From positions 1,620,001-1,652,000 of the forward strand of contig NC_017262.1 in NCBI RefSeq assembly GCF_000175255.2: DNA of 32,000 nucleotides, written 5' to 3'. The notes beneath the pieces were generated by a model. That model was not told where the DNA came from, made no database searches, and worked only from the letters and a program-made list of their open reading frames with translations. The position numbers and the translations under genes are program-made. This DNA is from Zymomonas mobilis subsp. mobilis ATCC 10988. Its GTDB lineage: Bacteria > Pseudomonadota > Alphaproteobacteria > Sphingomonadales > Sphingomonadaceae. Of this stretch, positions 1 through 7,951 are shown in pieces. Every line of letters begins with the position of its first letter. The first letter of the stretch is position 1.

Positions 1-1026
1 ATTGTCTATATCAGACAATACATCTCCCGTTTTCCAATGAAGGTAATTAGGATCATTTTGCCATTCGACATTATGGCTGTTCATGAAAAGGCTGGGACGC
101 GGGTAATAGAGGAATTCGTAAATCTGGCTAGAAACATCACCGAGATAAATGTCCGCCGCCATTGTATAGGTCATATCATTGGAAGCCGCGCTTCCAAGAT
201 CAATATGGATATTCGGCGCATCCCAGTATTTTTGAGCAATCTTTCCCGGTTTTTTGAGCCGTAACTGATCAATCGTCAGAACAAAAGGGCGATGAAACAG
301 CATGACATGCGGTGCAAAAATCAGATTATAGCGGTCACTTTTATAGAAATAATCCAGAATTTTACGGCCATCCTCATACCATGAAGAAAGATGCGGAGCA
401 GGGTGGGGGTTATATAAGACTGTAGGACGACCATTGGCTTGCATCGGTAAAAGACGCGGCTTTTCGGGTAAAAGACTAAATTTGGGATAGCCAATAATAG
501 AAATTTTATCGGGATTAACCGCAGCGTCTTTGATAAGGCGATCTCTGATTTTGGAGCCTGAGACCAAAACATGGTCGAATAAAGCACTCATCTTATCAAA
601 ACCGACGGCTCTGTCGCCTGCGCCATGGCGGGTGTGGATAATTTTTAGATGATCGAGATGGTAGCGGCTTTTGAGAATAAGCGATGTTTTTTCTGAAACA
701 ACTAAAATATCCAATGACCGAAAAAAATCGAGATTATCCTTATAGATACCCAATTTTTTAACAGGCAGGAATTTTTCAAATGTATATGCCGCCAGTCTTG
801 TCATCGGGCTGACCGTTTTTAACTCAACAATGTTGATATCCGGTTTATGGAGCTTTTCAGCAAGCCGTCTGATTTCTTTGGTGATGATATCATTGGTTGT
901 TGCAATAACAATATCGAGATTGGGCGCTAGCTCCATAAGAGCTATGGCCGTCGGTAGTGCATGAGCAATTTGATGTGCCTGATCGTGATTAAATAAAAAT
1001 GCAACTTTAATCGATTCAGAGGCCAT
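1..1026 (-). CDS. TagF-like CDP-glycerol glycerophosphotransferase-family / GT-B-like transferase; C-terminus lies beyond the window edge
   Basis: I translated the minus strand from the ATG at 1024-1026 to position 1: 342 codons, no stop. The track omits it because it is edge-truncated. Motifs HTRHGAGDRAVGF, TVLYNPHP and AADIYLGDVSSQIYEF resemble the WHGxG..K..G, LYAPT and ITDYSS motifs of the Glyphos_transf family. The family call is tentative. Confidence 0.6.
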   Translation of the reverse strand, partial: MASESIKVAFLFNHDQAHQIAHALPTAIALMELAPNLDIVIATTNDIITKEIRRLAEKLHKPDINIVELKTVSPMTRLAAYTFEKFLPVKKLGIYKDNLDFFRSLDILVVSEKTSLILKSRYHLDHLKIIHTRHGAGDRAVGFDKMSALFDHVLVSGSKIRDRLIKDAAVNPDKISIIGYPKFSLLPEKPRLLPMQANGRPTVLYNPHPAPHLSSWYEDGRKILDYFYKSDRYNLIFAPHVMLFHRPFVLTIDQLRLKKPGKIAQKYWDAPNIHIDLGSAASNDMTYTMAADIYLGDVSSQIYEFLYYPRPSLFMNSHNVEWQNDPNYLHWKTGDVLSDIDN

Positions 1027-1310
1027 GCTTTAAGTCATCCCTAAAAACAGGAGTTCCGCATAAAGATTTTGTTCGGATCATCTAAAAAATTGAATGTTAT
1101 CAAATCTTTGCTGATCGCGACTGTTTATCCATTTTGCTATTCTTCTTATGTCATTGCTATGTAAAAGAGAAAAAAGCCTATTTTATGACAAAAAGTATAA
1201 AATTTTAAAAATATAAATAAATTTATATAATATAAATATATTATGTATTTTTTATATATTTTTAAAATATAGATAATCTATTTTAATTGTTGTTGGCAGA
1301 AAATAGATAA

Positions 1311-1349
1311 TAAAAAACCGGACATATCTATTAAAATAGAGATATCCGG
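1311..1349 (-). terminator. Rho-independent terminator downstream of oxyR
   Basis: An imperfect hairpin, ccggatatctcta...tagatatgtccgg read on the minus strand (1318-1349), is followed by TTTTTTA (reverse complement of 1311-1317). It lies about 30 nt past the oxyR stop. Confidence 0.6.
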
Positions 1350-1379
1350 CTTCTTATTACTTAAAAAAGAAAAGAGAAA

Positions 1380-2321
1380 TTAGGCTGCGCCGCTAGCGGC
1401 TTCCAGAGGTTTAAATTTTTTCTGATAAATATTGGTCAGTGTTTCTGCGAGTAAGTGGAATTCTTTCTCGCAAGGACTACCTTTACGCCATACCAAAGAA
1501 ATTGTTCTGGAAGGATATTGAGACGCTAATGGCCGTGCATCAATATGGGTGTTATCCAGCAAGCCAGCATCTATCGCCATTTTCGGAAGCAGGGTAATCC
1601 CAAGACCATTATCAACCATCTGCACCAGCGTGTGCAAAGAGGTACCCATCATGGTCGCTTCTGCCCGTAATTCGGGACGGTTGCAGGCCGCAAGGGCATG
1701 ATCTTTCAGGCAATGGCCGTCTTCCAATAACAACAGCCGTTTTTCGTCGATCTGATCTGGTGTAATAACATCAGGCAGATGGGCTTGTTCCCCTTGAGGG
1801 AAGGCCACATAAAGCCGATCTTCGAACAGATCAACCGAGGCAATATCCCCACAATGATAGGGTAAAGCCAACAAAACGCAATCAACATGACCACGATGAA
1901 GAGAATCGCAAGCGGCGTTTGTTGTTTCTTCCCGAAGGAAGAGTTTCAACTCTGGCCATTCCGCTCTTAAATCGGGCAGGATACGCGGCAACAGGAAGGG
2001 GGCAATGGTCGGAATAACGCCCATCCGCAGTTCACCACAAAGTGGTTTTCCGGCAGCCCGCGCCATATCGCTTAATTCTTCAGCTTCGCGAAGCACACGT
2101 TGTGCTTTTTCCGAGATACGTAATCCCAGCGGAGTAAAACGGACTACGCGGCGTGTTCTTTCGACCAGCGTAACTCCAATCAGAGACTCAAGCTCACGCA
2201 GTCCTGCCGACAAGGTTGACTGGGTCACGAAACAGGCATCGGCTGCCCGTCCGAAATGTCCGTGATCCTTGAGGGAGACCAGATACTGCAGTTGTTTGAG
2301 CGTAGGGAGGTAAGTTGTCAT
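1380..2321 (-). CDS. oxyR: LysR-family hydrogen-peroxide-responsive regulator OxyR
   Basis: 313 aa. N-terminal LysR helix-turn-helix (LKQLQYLVSLKDHGHFGRAADACFVTQSTLSAGLRELE) and OxyR-like redox cysteines (EDGHCLKDHALAAC). Transcribed divergently from a peroxiredoxin gene. Confidence 0.9.
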   Translation of the reverse strand: MTTYLPTLKQLQYLVSLKDHGHFGRAADACFVTQSTLSAGLRELESLIGVTLVERTRRVVRFTPLGLRISEKAQRVLREAEELSDMARAAGKPLCGELRMGVIPTIAPFLLPRILPDLRAEWPELKLFLREETTNAACDSLHRGHVDCVLLALPYHCGDIASVDLFEDRLYVAFPQGEQAHLPDVITPDQIDEKRLLLLEDGHCLKDHALAACNRPELRAEATMMGTSLHTLVQMVDNGLGITLLPKMAIDAGLLDNTHIDARPLASQYPSRTISLVWRKGSPCEKEFHLLAETLTNIYQKKFKPLEAASGAA

Positions 2322-2420
2322 GATTGTCCCTCTCGATCAATGCAAGCTTCATAATCAATTTGATCACAGAAGAGCAACTGTTATTTATAGTATCAGTTGT
2401 AAAACAAATATGACCTTACG

Positions 2421-2484
2421 ATAGCTTGTGACTGTGTGTTTGATTGAATAGCTTTAAGATTGTAACAATATAGCTAATATCAAT
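2421..2484. promoter_or_regulatory. Candidate OxyR operator in the oxyR-ahpC divergent promoter region
   Basis: Two overlapping series of tetranucleotides with 7-nt spacing: ATAG(2421)-n7-CTGT-n7-ATTG, and ATAG(2448)-n7-ATTG-n7-ATAG-n7-CAAT(2481-2484). They resemble the OxyR consensus ATAG-n7-CTAT-n7-ATAG-n7-CTAT. The site lies 30-90 bp upstream of the ahpC start. Confidence 0.4.
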
Positions 2485-2512
2485 CATATTTTAAAATATG
2501 GGAGTATTCATA

Positions 2513-3055
2513 ATGCTTACTGTTGGTGATAAATTTCCCGCTTTGAAATTACCTGTTCAGCAGGGTGTATCTGCCTTGCCGAATGGTGAAACTATTGACC
2601 TTGGCGAAACAAATGGCAAGTGGAAGGTCGTCTTTTTTTGGCCGATGGATTTCACTTTTGTCTGCCCGACCGAAATTGTGGGCTATAACGATATCAAAGA
2701 AGACCTGTCTTTGCGCGATGCCGTTCTGATCGGTGGTTCTTGTGATACCGCTTTCGTCCATTACGCTTGGCGGAAATCTGACGAACGTTTGGAGAATGCT
2801 GACTTCCCGTGGATTGCAGATAATTCCAAAAAGCTGGCCTCTGCTTTGGGTATTGTGAATGAAGAAGCAGGCGTTGCCTATCGCGCAACCTTCATTGTTG
2901 ATCCGAACAATGTCATTCAGCATGTGACGGTCAACTCTTTGAATGTTGGCCGTAATCCGGCAGAAGCCTTGCGCGTTCTGGATGCTTTGCAGACCGATGA
3001 CCTTTGCCCTTGCAACTGGCATAAAGGCGAAGAAGTGCTTGATCCTAAAGCCTAA
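2513..3055 (+). CDS. ahpC: 2-Cys peroxiredoxin (AhpC/TSA family alkyl hydroperoxide reductase)
   Basis: Peroxidatic Cys motif DFTFVCPTE and C-terminal resolving region LCPCNWHKGE. I chose the ATG at 2513 (MLTVGDKF), which has GGGAG 8 nt upstream, over the track start at 2498. Confidence 0.9.
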   Translation: MLTVGDKFPALKLPVQQGVSALPNGETIDLGETNGKWKVVFFWPMDFTFVCPTEIVGYNDIKEDLSLRDAVLIGGSCDTAFVHYAWRKSDERLENADFPWIADNSKKLASALGIVNEEAGVAYRATFIVDPNNVIQHVTVNSLNVGRNPAEALRVLDALQTDDLCPCNWHKGEEVLDPKA

Positions 3056-3083
3056 GCCTGAATTCTATTCTCACTTTTACGAA

Positions 3084-3116
3084 AAGCAGCTCGATCATCT
3101 CGGGCTGCTTTTTTTG
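3084..3116 (+). terminator. Rho-independent terminator of ahpC
   Basis: Stem aagcagctcga / tcgggctgctt with a 5-nt loop, followed by T7. It starts 29 nt after the ahpC stop. Confidence 0.8.
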
Positions 3117-3399
3117 TGGGCTTTAGATGACAATGGATTTGCAAAGAAATAGGTGTTTCTCGCTTTTTAGAATAAAATTTTTCGTTTTTTATAGTCAAAG
3201 ATAGATTTTTTTTCTAAAACCATTCCTGCTTCTTGCTGCCACTTTTATACCCAGCAAGCAGGCATATGGGGGAGTTGATATTTTTTCCATTTCTCCGATG
3301 GATCAAATTTTTATGAAAAGAGCTATTTTCGATTATAGGAAAGGCGCAATATAAAAGAAGCCTTGTCGAACATCTCTCTTTTCAAAGAGAAGCCGGTTT

Positions 3400-4173
3400 A
3401 TGTTCAATTCTTTTGTTTCTTATCTTGAATCCATTAAAATGCGTGACCCTGCGCCACGCTCGCGTTGGGAAATCCTGCTTTATCCGGGTGTTTGGGCTTT
3501 GGTGCTGCATCGTTTGGCTCATTGGCTCTATCAAGGCGAATTGTATTTTCTGGCTCGGATTGTGAATCATTTTAGCCGTTTTCTAACCAGTATCGATATT
3601 CATCCGGGTGCCAAAATAGGCCGCAATTTCTTTGTTGATCATGGTTTCGTCGTGATCGGTGAAACTGCCTGCATTGGCGACAATGTGACACTTTACCAAT
3701 GCTCGACCCTTGGCGGTACTGACCCTTCCAATGGTATCGGTGGAAAACGCCATCCGACTCTTTGTGATGGTGTTATCGTTGGGTCTGGCGCTCAAATATT
3801 GGGGCCTATCGAAATCGGTGAAAATGCGCGTGTCGGTGCCAATGCGGTGGTGACGCGTGATGTTGAAAAGAATGCCGTTATGGTAGGAATACCGGCACGC
3901 TCTATTCATGAAGATGCCGCCGCCTCGAAAGTCGAAAAACCGAAAACCGAATTTGTGCCTTATGGGACGCCCTGTGACGATTGTCAGGATCCTAATCTTC
4001 AGGATCTTCAAGCCCTTCATACAGAAATAGATGCTTTAAAAGAGAAAATTGCCAGTTTTATGATGTCTCAAAAAGCGGGCTTATCTGAAAATTCCGATAA
4101 AAATCTGCCGATGGTTAATCCTGATCAGATTCGTCTTGATAAAAAAGACGGTAAAGGCTCTTCCGCGGAATGA
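3400..4173 (+). CDS. cysE: Serine O-acetyltransferase with a C-terminal extension of about 80 aa
   Basis: 257 aa. Left-handed beta-helix hexapeptide repeats (IDIHPGAKIGRNFFVDHGFVVIGETACIGDNVTLYQCSTLGG...GANAVV). The tail has a coiled-coil-like stretch, LQDLQALHTEIDALKEKIASF. Confidence 0.85.
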   Translation: MFNSFVSYLESIKMRDPAPRSRWEILLYPGVWALVLHRLAHWLYQGELYFLARIVNHFSRFLTSIDIHPGAKIGRNFFVDHGFVVIGETACIGDNVTLYQCSTLGGTDPSNGIGGKRHPTLCDGVIVGSGAQILGPIEIGENARVGANAVVTRDVEKNAVMVGIPARSIHEDAAASKVEKPKTEFVPYGTPCDDCQDPNLQDLQALHTEIDALKEKIASFMMSQKAGLSENSDKNLPMVNPDQIRLDKKDGKGSSAE

Positions 4174-4514
4174 GCAGTATTACGCCCATTGCACCTATGC
4201 CGCGTTATGCGGTTCAGGTGGGTTTTACCCGACCTGAAATTTTGCGATTGATGGATCTCTATGGGCGTATGGTGGCGGCAGGGCATTGGCGTGATTATGC
4301 TCTCAGTTTTGAGACGACAAAGGCCAGTTTCTCTGCCTTTCGCCGCACCGCAGAACGACCGGAATATCGGGTCGAAAAACAACCTGCGCTTCGACTAAAA
4401 CAAGGTATGTGGATTCTTTATGGTGAGGGCGGTCAAATTTTGAAACGGTCGCATGAATTGGTCAATATTCTTGCTCCAATTGAGCGGCGTTTAATCAAGT
4501 TGATTGCTGACTAG
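4170..4514 (+). CDS. Conserved alphaproteobacterial hypothetical protein, DUF2794-like
   Basis: 114 aa. Its start overlaps the cysE stop (ATGA). The motif LMDLYGRMVAAGHWRDYA...FSAFRR...YRVEK matches what I remember of DUF2794 proteins. Confidence 0.6.
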   Translation: MSSITPIAPMPRYAVQVGFTRPEILRLMDLYGRMVAAGHWRDYALSFETTKASFSAFRRTAERPEYRVEKQPALRLKQGMWILYGEGGQILKRSHELVNILAPIERRLIKLIAD

Positions 4515-5363
4515 GCTCAGGACTCATTCTTTGAGATAGAAGATGAAACTTGCTGCGATATGGATTGCTGACATGAATGTGTGAGCGCACCGGTCGTATC
4601 GTGTTGCGACACGCCGCCAGTCTTTGAGCTTTGCGAACATATTTTCGATGAGGTGACGCTTTTTATACAGATGCCAGTCGTAAGGCGGCTTTGATTTCCG
4701 GTTCTTCTTCGGCGGAATACAGGCGGTGATATTCCGGTCTGCGAGAGACTGTCTGATTTTATTACTGTCGTATCCCCGGTCCCCGAGAATTTCTTGTGTT
4801 TCTTCCGGCAGATTTGCCAGCAGAACATCCGCGCCTTTGAAGTCACTGACCTGACCTGCGGTCAGATGCAGCCGGACAGGGCGGCCCTGACTATCGCATA
4901 CAGCGTGAAGCTTTGAGTTCAGTCCGCCTTTCGTGCGTCCGATATGGCGGGGAAAAGCCCCTTTTTGAGCAGGGAGGCCGCTGTCCGGTGTGCTTTCAGA
5001 TGTGTTGCATCGATCATCAGACGCTTTGAACGGCCTGCCTGCTCCGTCAGGGCGACGAAGATCCGGTCAAAGACACCCAGGCGGCTCCACCGGATAAACC
5101 GGTTGTATAAAGTCTTGTGCGGGCCATACGCTTTCGGGGCGTCTTTCCACTGAAGGCCGTTGCGGATCACGTAAACGATCCCGCTCAGGACACGACGGTC
5201 ATCGACACGCGGCACACCATGCGCCAGTGGAAAAAACGGCTTAATCCGTTCCATCTGGTGCTCAGACAGCAAAAACACGTCACTCACAGCTTCACCTCCA
5301 TCGGTAAACCTGTGAATCACAACAGCCCGCTCAACTCAAGAAATTAACAGGTCCTGAGCCTAG
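4511..5363 (-). mobile_element. Intact IS5-family insertion sequence with two-ORF frameshift architecture (IS427/IS1031-like), about 845-853 bp
   Basis: Perfect 13-bp terminal inverted repeat: CTAGGCTCAGGAC (4511-4523) and GTCCTGAGCCTAG (5351-5363). The outer CTAG is palindromic, so it may be part of the inverted repeat or a target duplication. The element encodes a DDE transposase in two frames. Confidence 0.9.
4524..5287 (-). CDS. IS5-family DDE transposase, OrfA-OrfB fusion by -1 frameshift at C AAA AAG (A-run at 4962-4966)
   Basis: OrfA: VSDVFLLSEHQMERIKPFFPLAHGVPRVDDRRVLSGIVYV...DATHLKAHRTAA. I take the GTG at 5287 as the start because GGAGG lies 7 nt upstream; the track begins at 5320. 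OrfB is in the -1 frame and is absent from the track: GAFPRHIGRTKGGLNSKLHAVCDSQGRPVRLHLTAGQVSDFKGADVLL...ILGDRGYDSNKIRQ...RHLIENMFAKLKDWRRVATRYDR...FYLKE*, stop at 4524-4526. D, D and E residues sit in the expected contexts. Confidence 0.85.
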
Positions 5364-5484
5364 TAAGACCTAATCCTGATTTGTATTTGTTAAAATTTTA
5401 TTAAAAATTCGAGCTTTTTCTTGTGTCTATTTCCTTTCTGCTGCATGAACAGAGATAGGAATAACTGCTAGGGAAAAGGCTGTA

Positions 5485-5970
5485 GTGTTAGAAAATACCG
5501 ATTCCGGTTTTCATCTGTCTACCAAAGGGCGGTCTCATACACTCTATATTTTGCCTTTATTATTGGCCATTCCTGTAGGTTTGTTAGCGCAGGCTTCGGC
5601 TTTTCATCAGAAATATTCTATCTATGGCCACTGGCAACATATTCAGGAATCCCAAGCGGATTTTGTGAATACGCATGATGCTTCATCTATTACGGTAAAA
5701 TGCGATAAAGCCGCACAGCGTCTGGTCTTGACCTTTAATGGTTATTCTGATTCCGCTTTGCATATTACTGCTCGCGGTTTTTCTGAAAATTATACCCTTA
5801 TTCCAGATGAAAAAGGGAAGATGACGTTGGTCTTTAAACCCCATGATAGCTTCATCAAGAAACTATCTTCTGGCACGACTTCAGTGAGCTTTGAAGGCAA
5901 CAAGCCAAAAAAATGGGTAATGCAGAATAACCGTCAGCTTTTCCGCATTACCCAATATTGCTGGAGTTAG
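5485..5970 (+). CDS. Hypothetical secreted protein
   Basis: 161 aa. GTG start with GGGAAAAGG upstream. Signal-peptide-like segment LYILPLLLAIPVGLLAQASAF. I recognise no family. Confidence 0.5.
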   Translation: MLENTDSGFHLSTKGRSHTLYILPLLLAIPVGLLAQASAFHQKYSIYGHWQHIQESQADFVNTHDASSITVKCDKAAQRLVLTFNGYSDSALHITARGFSENYTLIPDEKGKMTLVFKPHDSFIKKLSSGTTSVSFEGNKPKKWVMQNNRQLFRITQYCWS

Positions 5971-5973
5971 GCC

Positions 5974-7185
5974 TTATTCAGCGGCAATGCTATCATTGCC
6001 TTGAATACCCAGCGACGTAAAATAGCGTTTAATGTTACGGGCAGCTTGACGAATACGATGTTCGTTTTCGACAAAGGCCAAGCGGACATAGCCTTCACCC
6101 TTTTCACCATAGCCGACACCCGGAGCAACAGCGACTTTTGCGTGGGTGAGCAACTGTTTAGAAAATTCTAAGCTGCCCAAATGCGCTAATTCTTTTGGAA
6201 GCGGTGCCCAAGCAAACATCGAAGCCTTGGGCGCTGGGATCGGCCAACCGACCCGCGTAAAACTTTCGACCATGACATCGCGCCGTCTTTTGTAGAGTTC
6301 GCGATTCTTTTCAATGATGTCTTGAGGGCCATTGATGGCCGCAACCGCGGCTGCCTGAATTGGCGTAAAAGCGCCATAATCAAGATAGCTTTTGACGCGG
6401 GTGAGGGCAGCGATCAGCTTTTTATTACCGACTGCAAAGCCAATACGCCATCCCGCCATAGAATAGGTTTTGGATAAAGAGGTGAATTCAACCGCAACAT
6501 CTTTTGCACCCGGAATCTGAAGAATTGAAGGCGGAGGATTGCCATCAAAATAGATTTCAGAATAGGCAAGATCCGATAAAACCCAGATGTTATGCCGACG
6601 AGCGAAATCAACCACGCGTTCGTAGAAAGCAAGATCGGCGACTTCGGCCGTTGGATTCGACGGATAACCGATAACCATGGCGCTTGGTTTGGGAACCGTG
6701 AAATTGATAGCGCGCTCAAGGTCTTTAAAGAAATTTTCATCCGGCGTTGTCGGAATAGAGCGAATCGTTGCACCCGCAATAATAAAACCGAACATATGAA
6801 TCGGATAGCTGGGGTTCGGTGCCAAAATGACATCACCCGGTGCAGTAATTGCCTGCGCCAGATTGGCTAGTCCTTCTTTCGATCCCAAAGTGACAACGAC
6901 TTCACTTTCGGGGTCAACGTCAACACCGAAACGACGCTGATAATAAGCTGCCTGTGCTTTTCTTAAGCCCGGGATGCCGCGTGATGCAGAATAGCCATGG
7001 GCATCCGGTTTATTGGCAACTTCTGCCAATTTATCAATAACATGGGAGGGGGGTGGTTGATCCGGATTGCCCATACCAAGATCAATAATATCCTCTCCTG
7101 CCGCTCGTGCCGCGGCCCGCATCGCGTTGACTTCAGCGATCACATAAGGGGGCAAGCGACGGATACGGTAGAATGGCTCGGACAT
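5974..7185 (-). CDS. Class I/II PLP-dependent aminotransferase, AlaC-like (glutamate-pyruvate type)
   Basis: 403 aa. The N-terminus (RIRRLPPYVIAEVNAMRAAARAAGEDIIDLGMGNPD) closely resembles E. coli AlaC. PLP-lysine motif SLSKTYSMAGWRIG. AAGGAG ribosome-binding site upstream. Confidence 0.85.
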   Translation of the reverse strand: MSEPFYRIRRLPPYVIAEVNAMRAAARAAGEDIIDLGMGNPDQPPPSHVIDKLAEVANKPDAHGYSASRGIPGLRKAQAAYYQRRFGVDVDPESEVVVTLGSKEGLANLAQAITAPGDVILAPNPSYPIHMFGFIIAGATIRSIPTTPDENFFKDLERAINFTVPKPSAMVIGYPSNPTAEVADLAFYERVVDFARRHNIWVLSDLAYSEIYFDGNPPPSILQIPGAKDVAVEFTSLSKTYSMAGWRIGFAVGNKKLIAALTRVKSYLDYGAFTPIQAAAVAAINGPQDIIEKNRELYKRRRDVMVESFTRVGWPIPAPKASMFAWAPLPKELAHLGSLEFSKQLLTHAKVAVAPGVGYGEKGEGYVRLAFVENEHRIRQAARNIKRYFTSLGIQGNDSIAAE

Positions 7186-7523
7186 TTTAACTCCTTGGCC
7201 GAATAAGAATAATGGGTTCTTTGTTTTAAATACGCTTTTATTCGGGGAGCACGACTATAGGATTTTCTCGGAAAGATAGTAAGATGCTATTAGAGATTTT
7301 AAAAAAAAACTGCTTGAAAATTTTATATTATCAAAAGGCTTTTCCAAGATATTTTTTATCGTTTTTTATGAATAATCCGCGCTCGGTTATCTTGTTTATG
7401 ATAAAGAGCAGTGTCATATCATTGACAAAATTTTTAAATCCAAAATTGGCGGTCATCTCTTTTTGATAACCAGAGTTCTGGCGCGCCATCCAATCTATTG
7501 GAAAATGATAATCCGGGGGTTTT

Positions 7524-7847
7524 ATGAGCGGCGACAAGGATTTTGACAAGGATAGTGATGTTACAGTCATTACCCGCACCACGCCCCAGACAAAAAAACC
7601 GCAACCCTACAAGGTTTTAATGTTGAATGACGACTATACGCCCATGGAATTTGTGGTGCTTTGTCTTCAGCGTTTTTTCCGTATGGGTATTGAAGATGCT
7701 ACCAAAGTCATGTTGCAGGTGCATCAGCGCGGGGTCGGTATCTGTGGCGTCTTTACCTATGAAGTAGCAGAAACAAAGGTCAATCAGGTTGTTGATTTTG
7801 CCCGTCAGCATCAACATCCGTTGCAATGCACTTTAGAAAAAGCCTAA
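7524..7847 (+). CDS. clpS: ATP-dependent Clp protease adaptor ClpS
   Basis: 107 aa. [24 protein letters not shown]...[20 protein letters not shown] is a canonical ClpS core. Confidence 0.92.
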   Translation: MSGDKDFDKDSDVTVITRTTPQTKKPQPYKVLMLNDDYTPMEFVVLCLQRFFRMGIEDATKVMLQVHQRGVGICGVFTYEVAETKVNQVVDFARQHQHPLQCTLEKA

Positions 7848-7951
7848 CCTTGTTTTCTGGCAGGCAAGAGCGACAGAAAAGATTGTAATTTTCTCTGTCA
7901 TTCTAGGCTAAATGCTTGGCGCTGCGCGTGTTTGAAGATAGAAACGAGCTT

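Noticed and set aside
1-19. Inverted repeat ATTGTCT-n5-AGACAAT at the window edge
   Set aside because: It is short (7 bp), lies inside the TagF-like coding sequence, and has no partner element.
1221-1260. TTATGT-containing sequence that looks like a dif XerD arm, in a window that also encodes FtsK
   Set aside because: Only 6 of the 11 positions in the XerD arm match, and there is no XerC arm (GC-containing ...CATAA). It is low-complexity AT-rich DNA.
1140-1320. Repetitive TATA/AAAT-rich stretch that looks superficially like a repeat array. Similar stretches occur at 14000-14300 and 30620-30960.
   Set aside because: They are low-complexity AT-rich spacers with no defined repeat unit or spacer periodicity. 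They are not CRISPR arrays or tandem repeats.
2549-3022. Long antisense ORFs inside genes, such as the 157 aa ORF opposite ahpC, 145 aa opposite cysE, 140 aa opposite the aminotransferase, and 132/103 aa opposite murA
   Set aside because: Each lies entirely within a well-supported gene on the other strand. The translated sequences do not look like protein (Arg/Ser/Cys-rich), and there are no ribosome-binding sites. This is a typical artefact of codon bias.
4517-4846. Track ORF of 109 aa inside the IS element
   Set aside because: It is the OrfA frame continuing past its stop codon. The real transposase C-terminal half is in the -1 frame (stop at 4524-4526) and carries the DDE motifs.
7284-7466. 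60-codon ORF in the spacer upstream of clpS
   Set aside because: It has no convincing ribosome-binding site, and the product is a low-complexity Lys/Phe/Ile/Leu-rich translation of AT-rich DNA. It is probably the promoter and leader region for clpS and the divergent aminotransferase.
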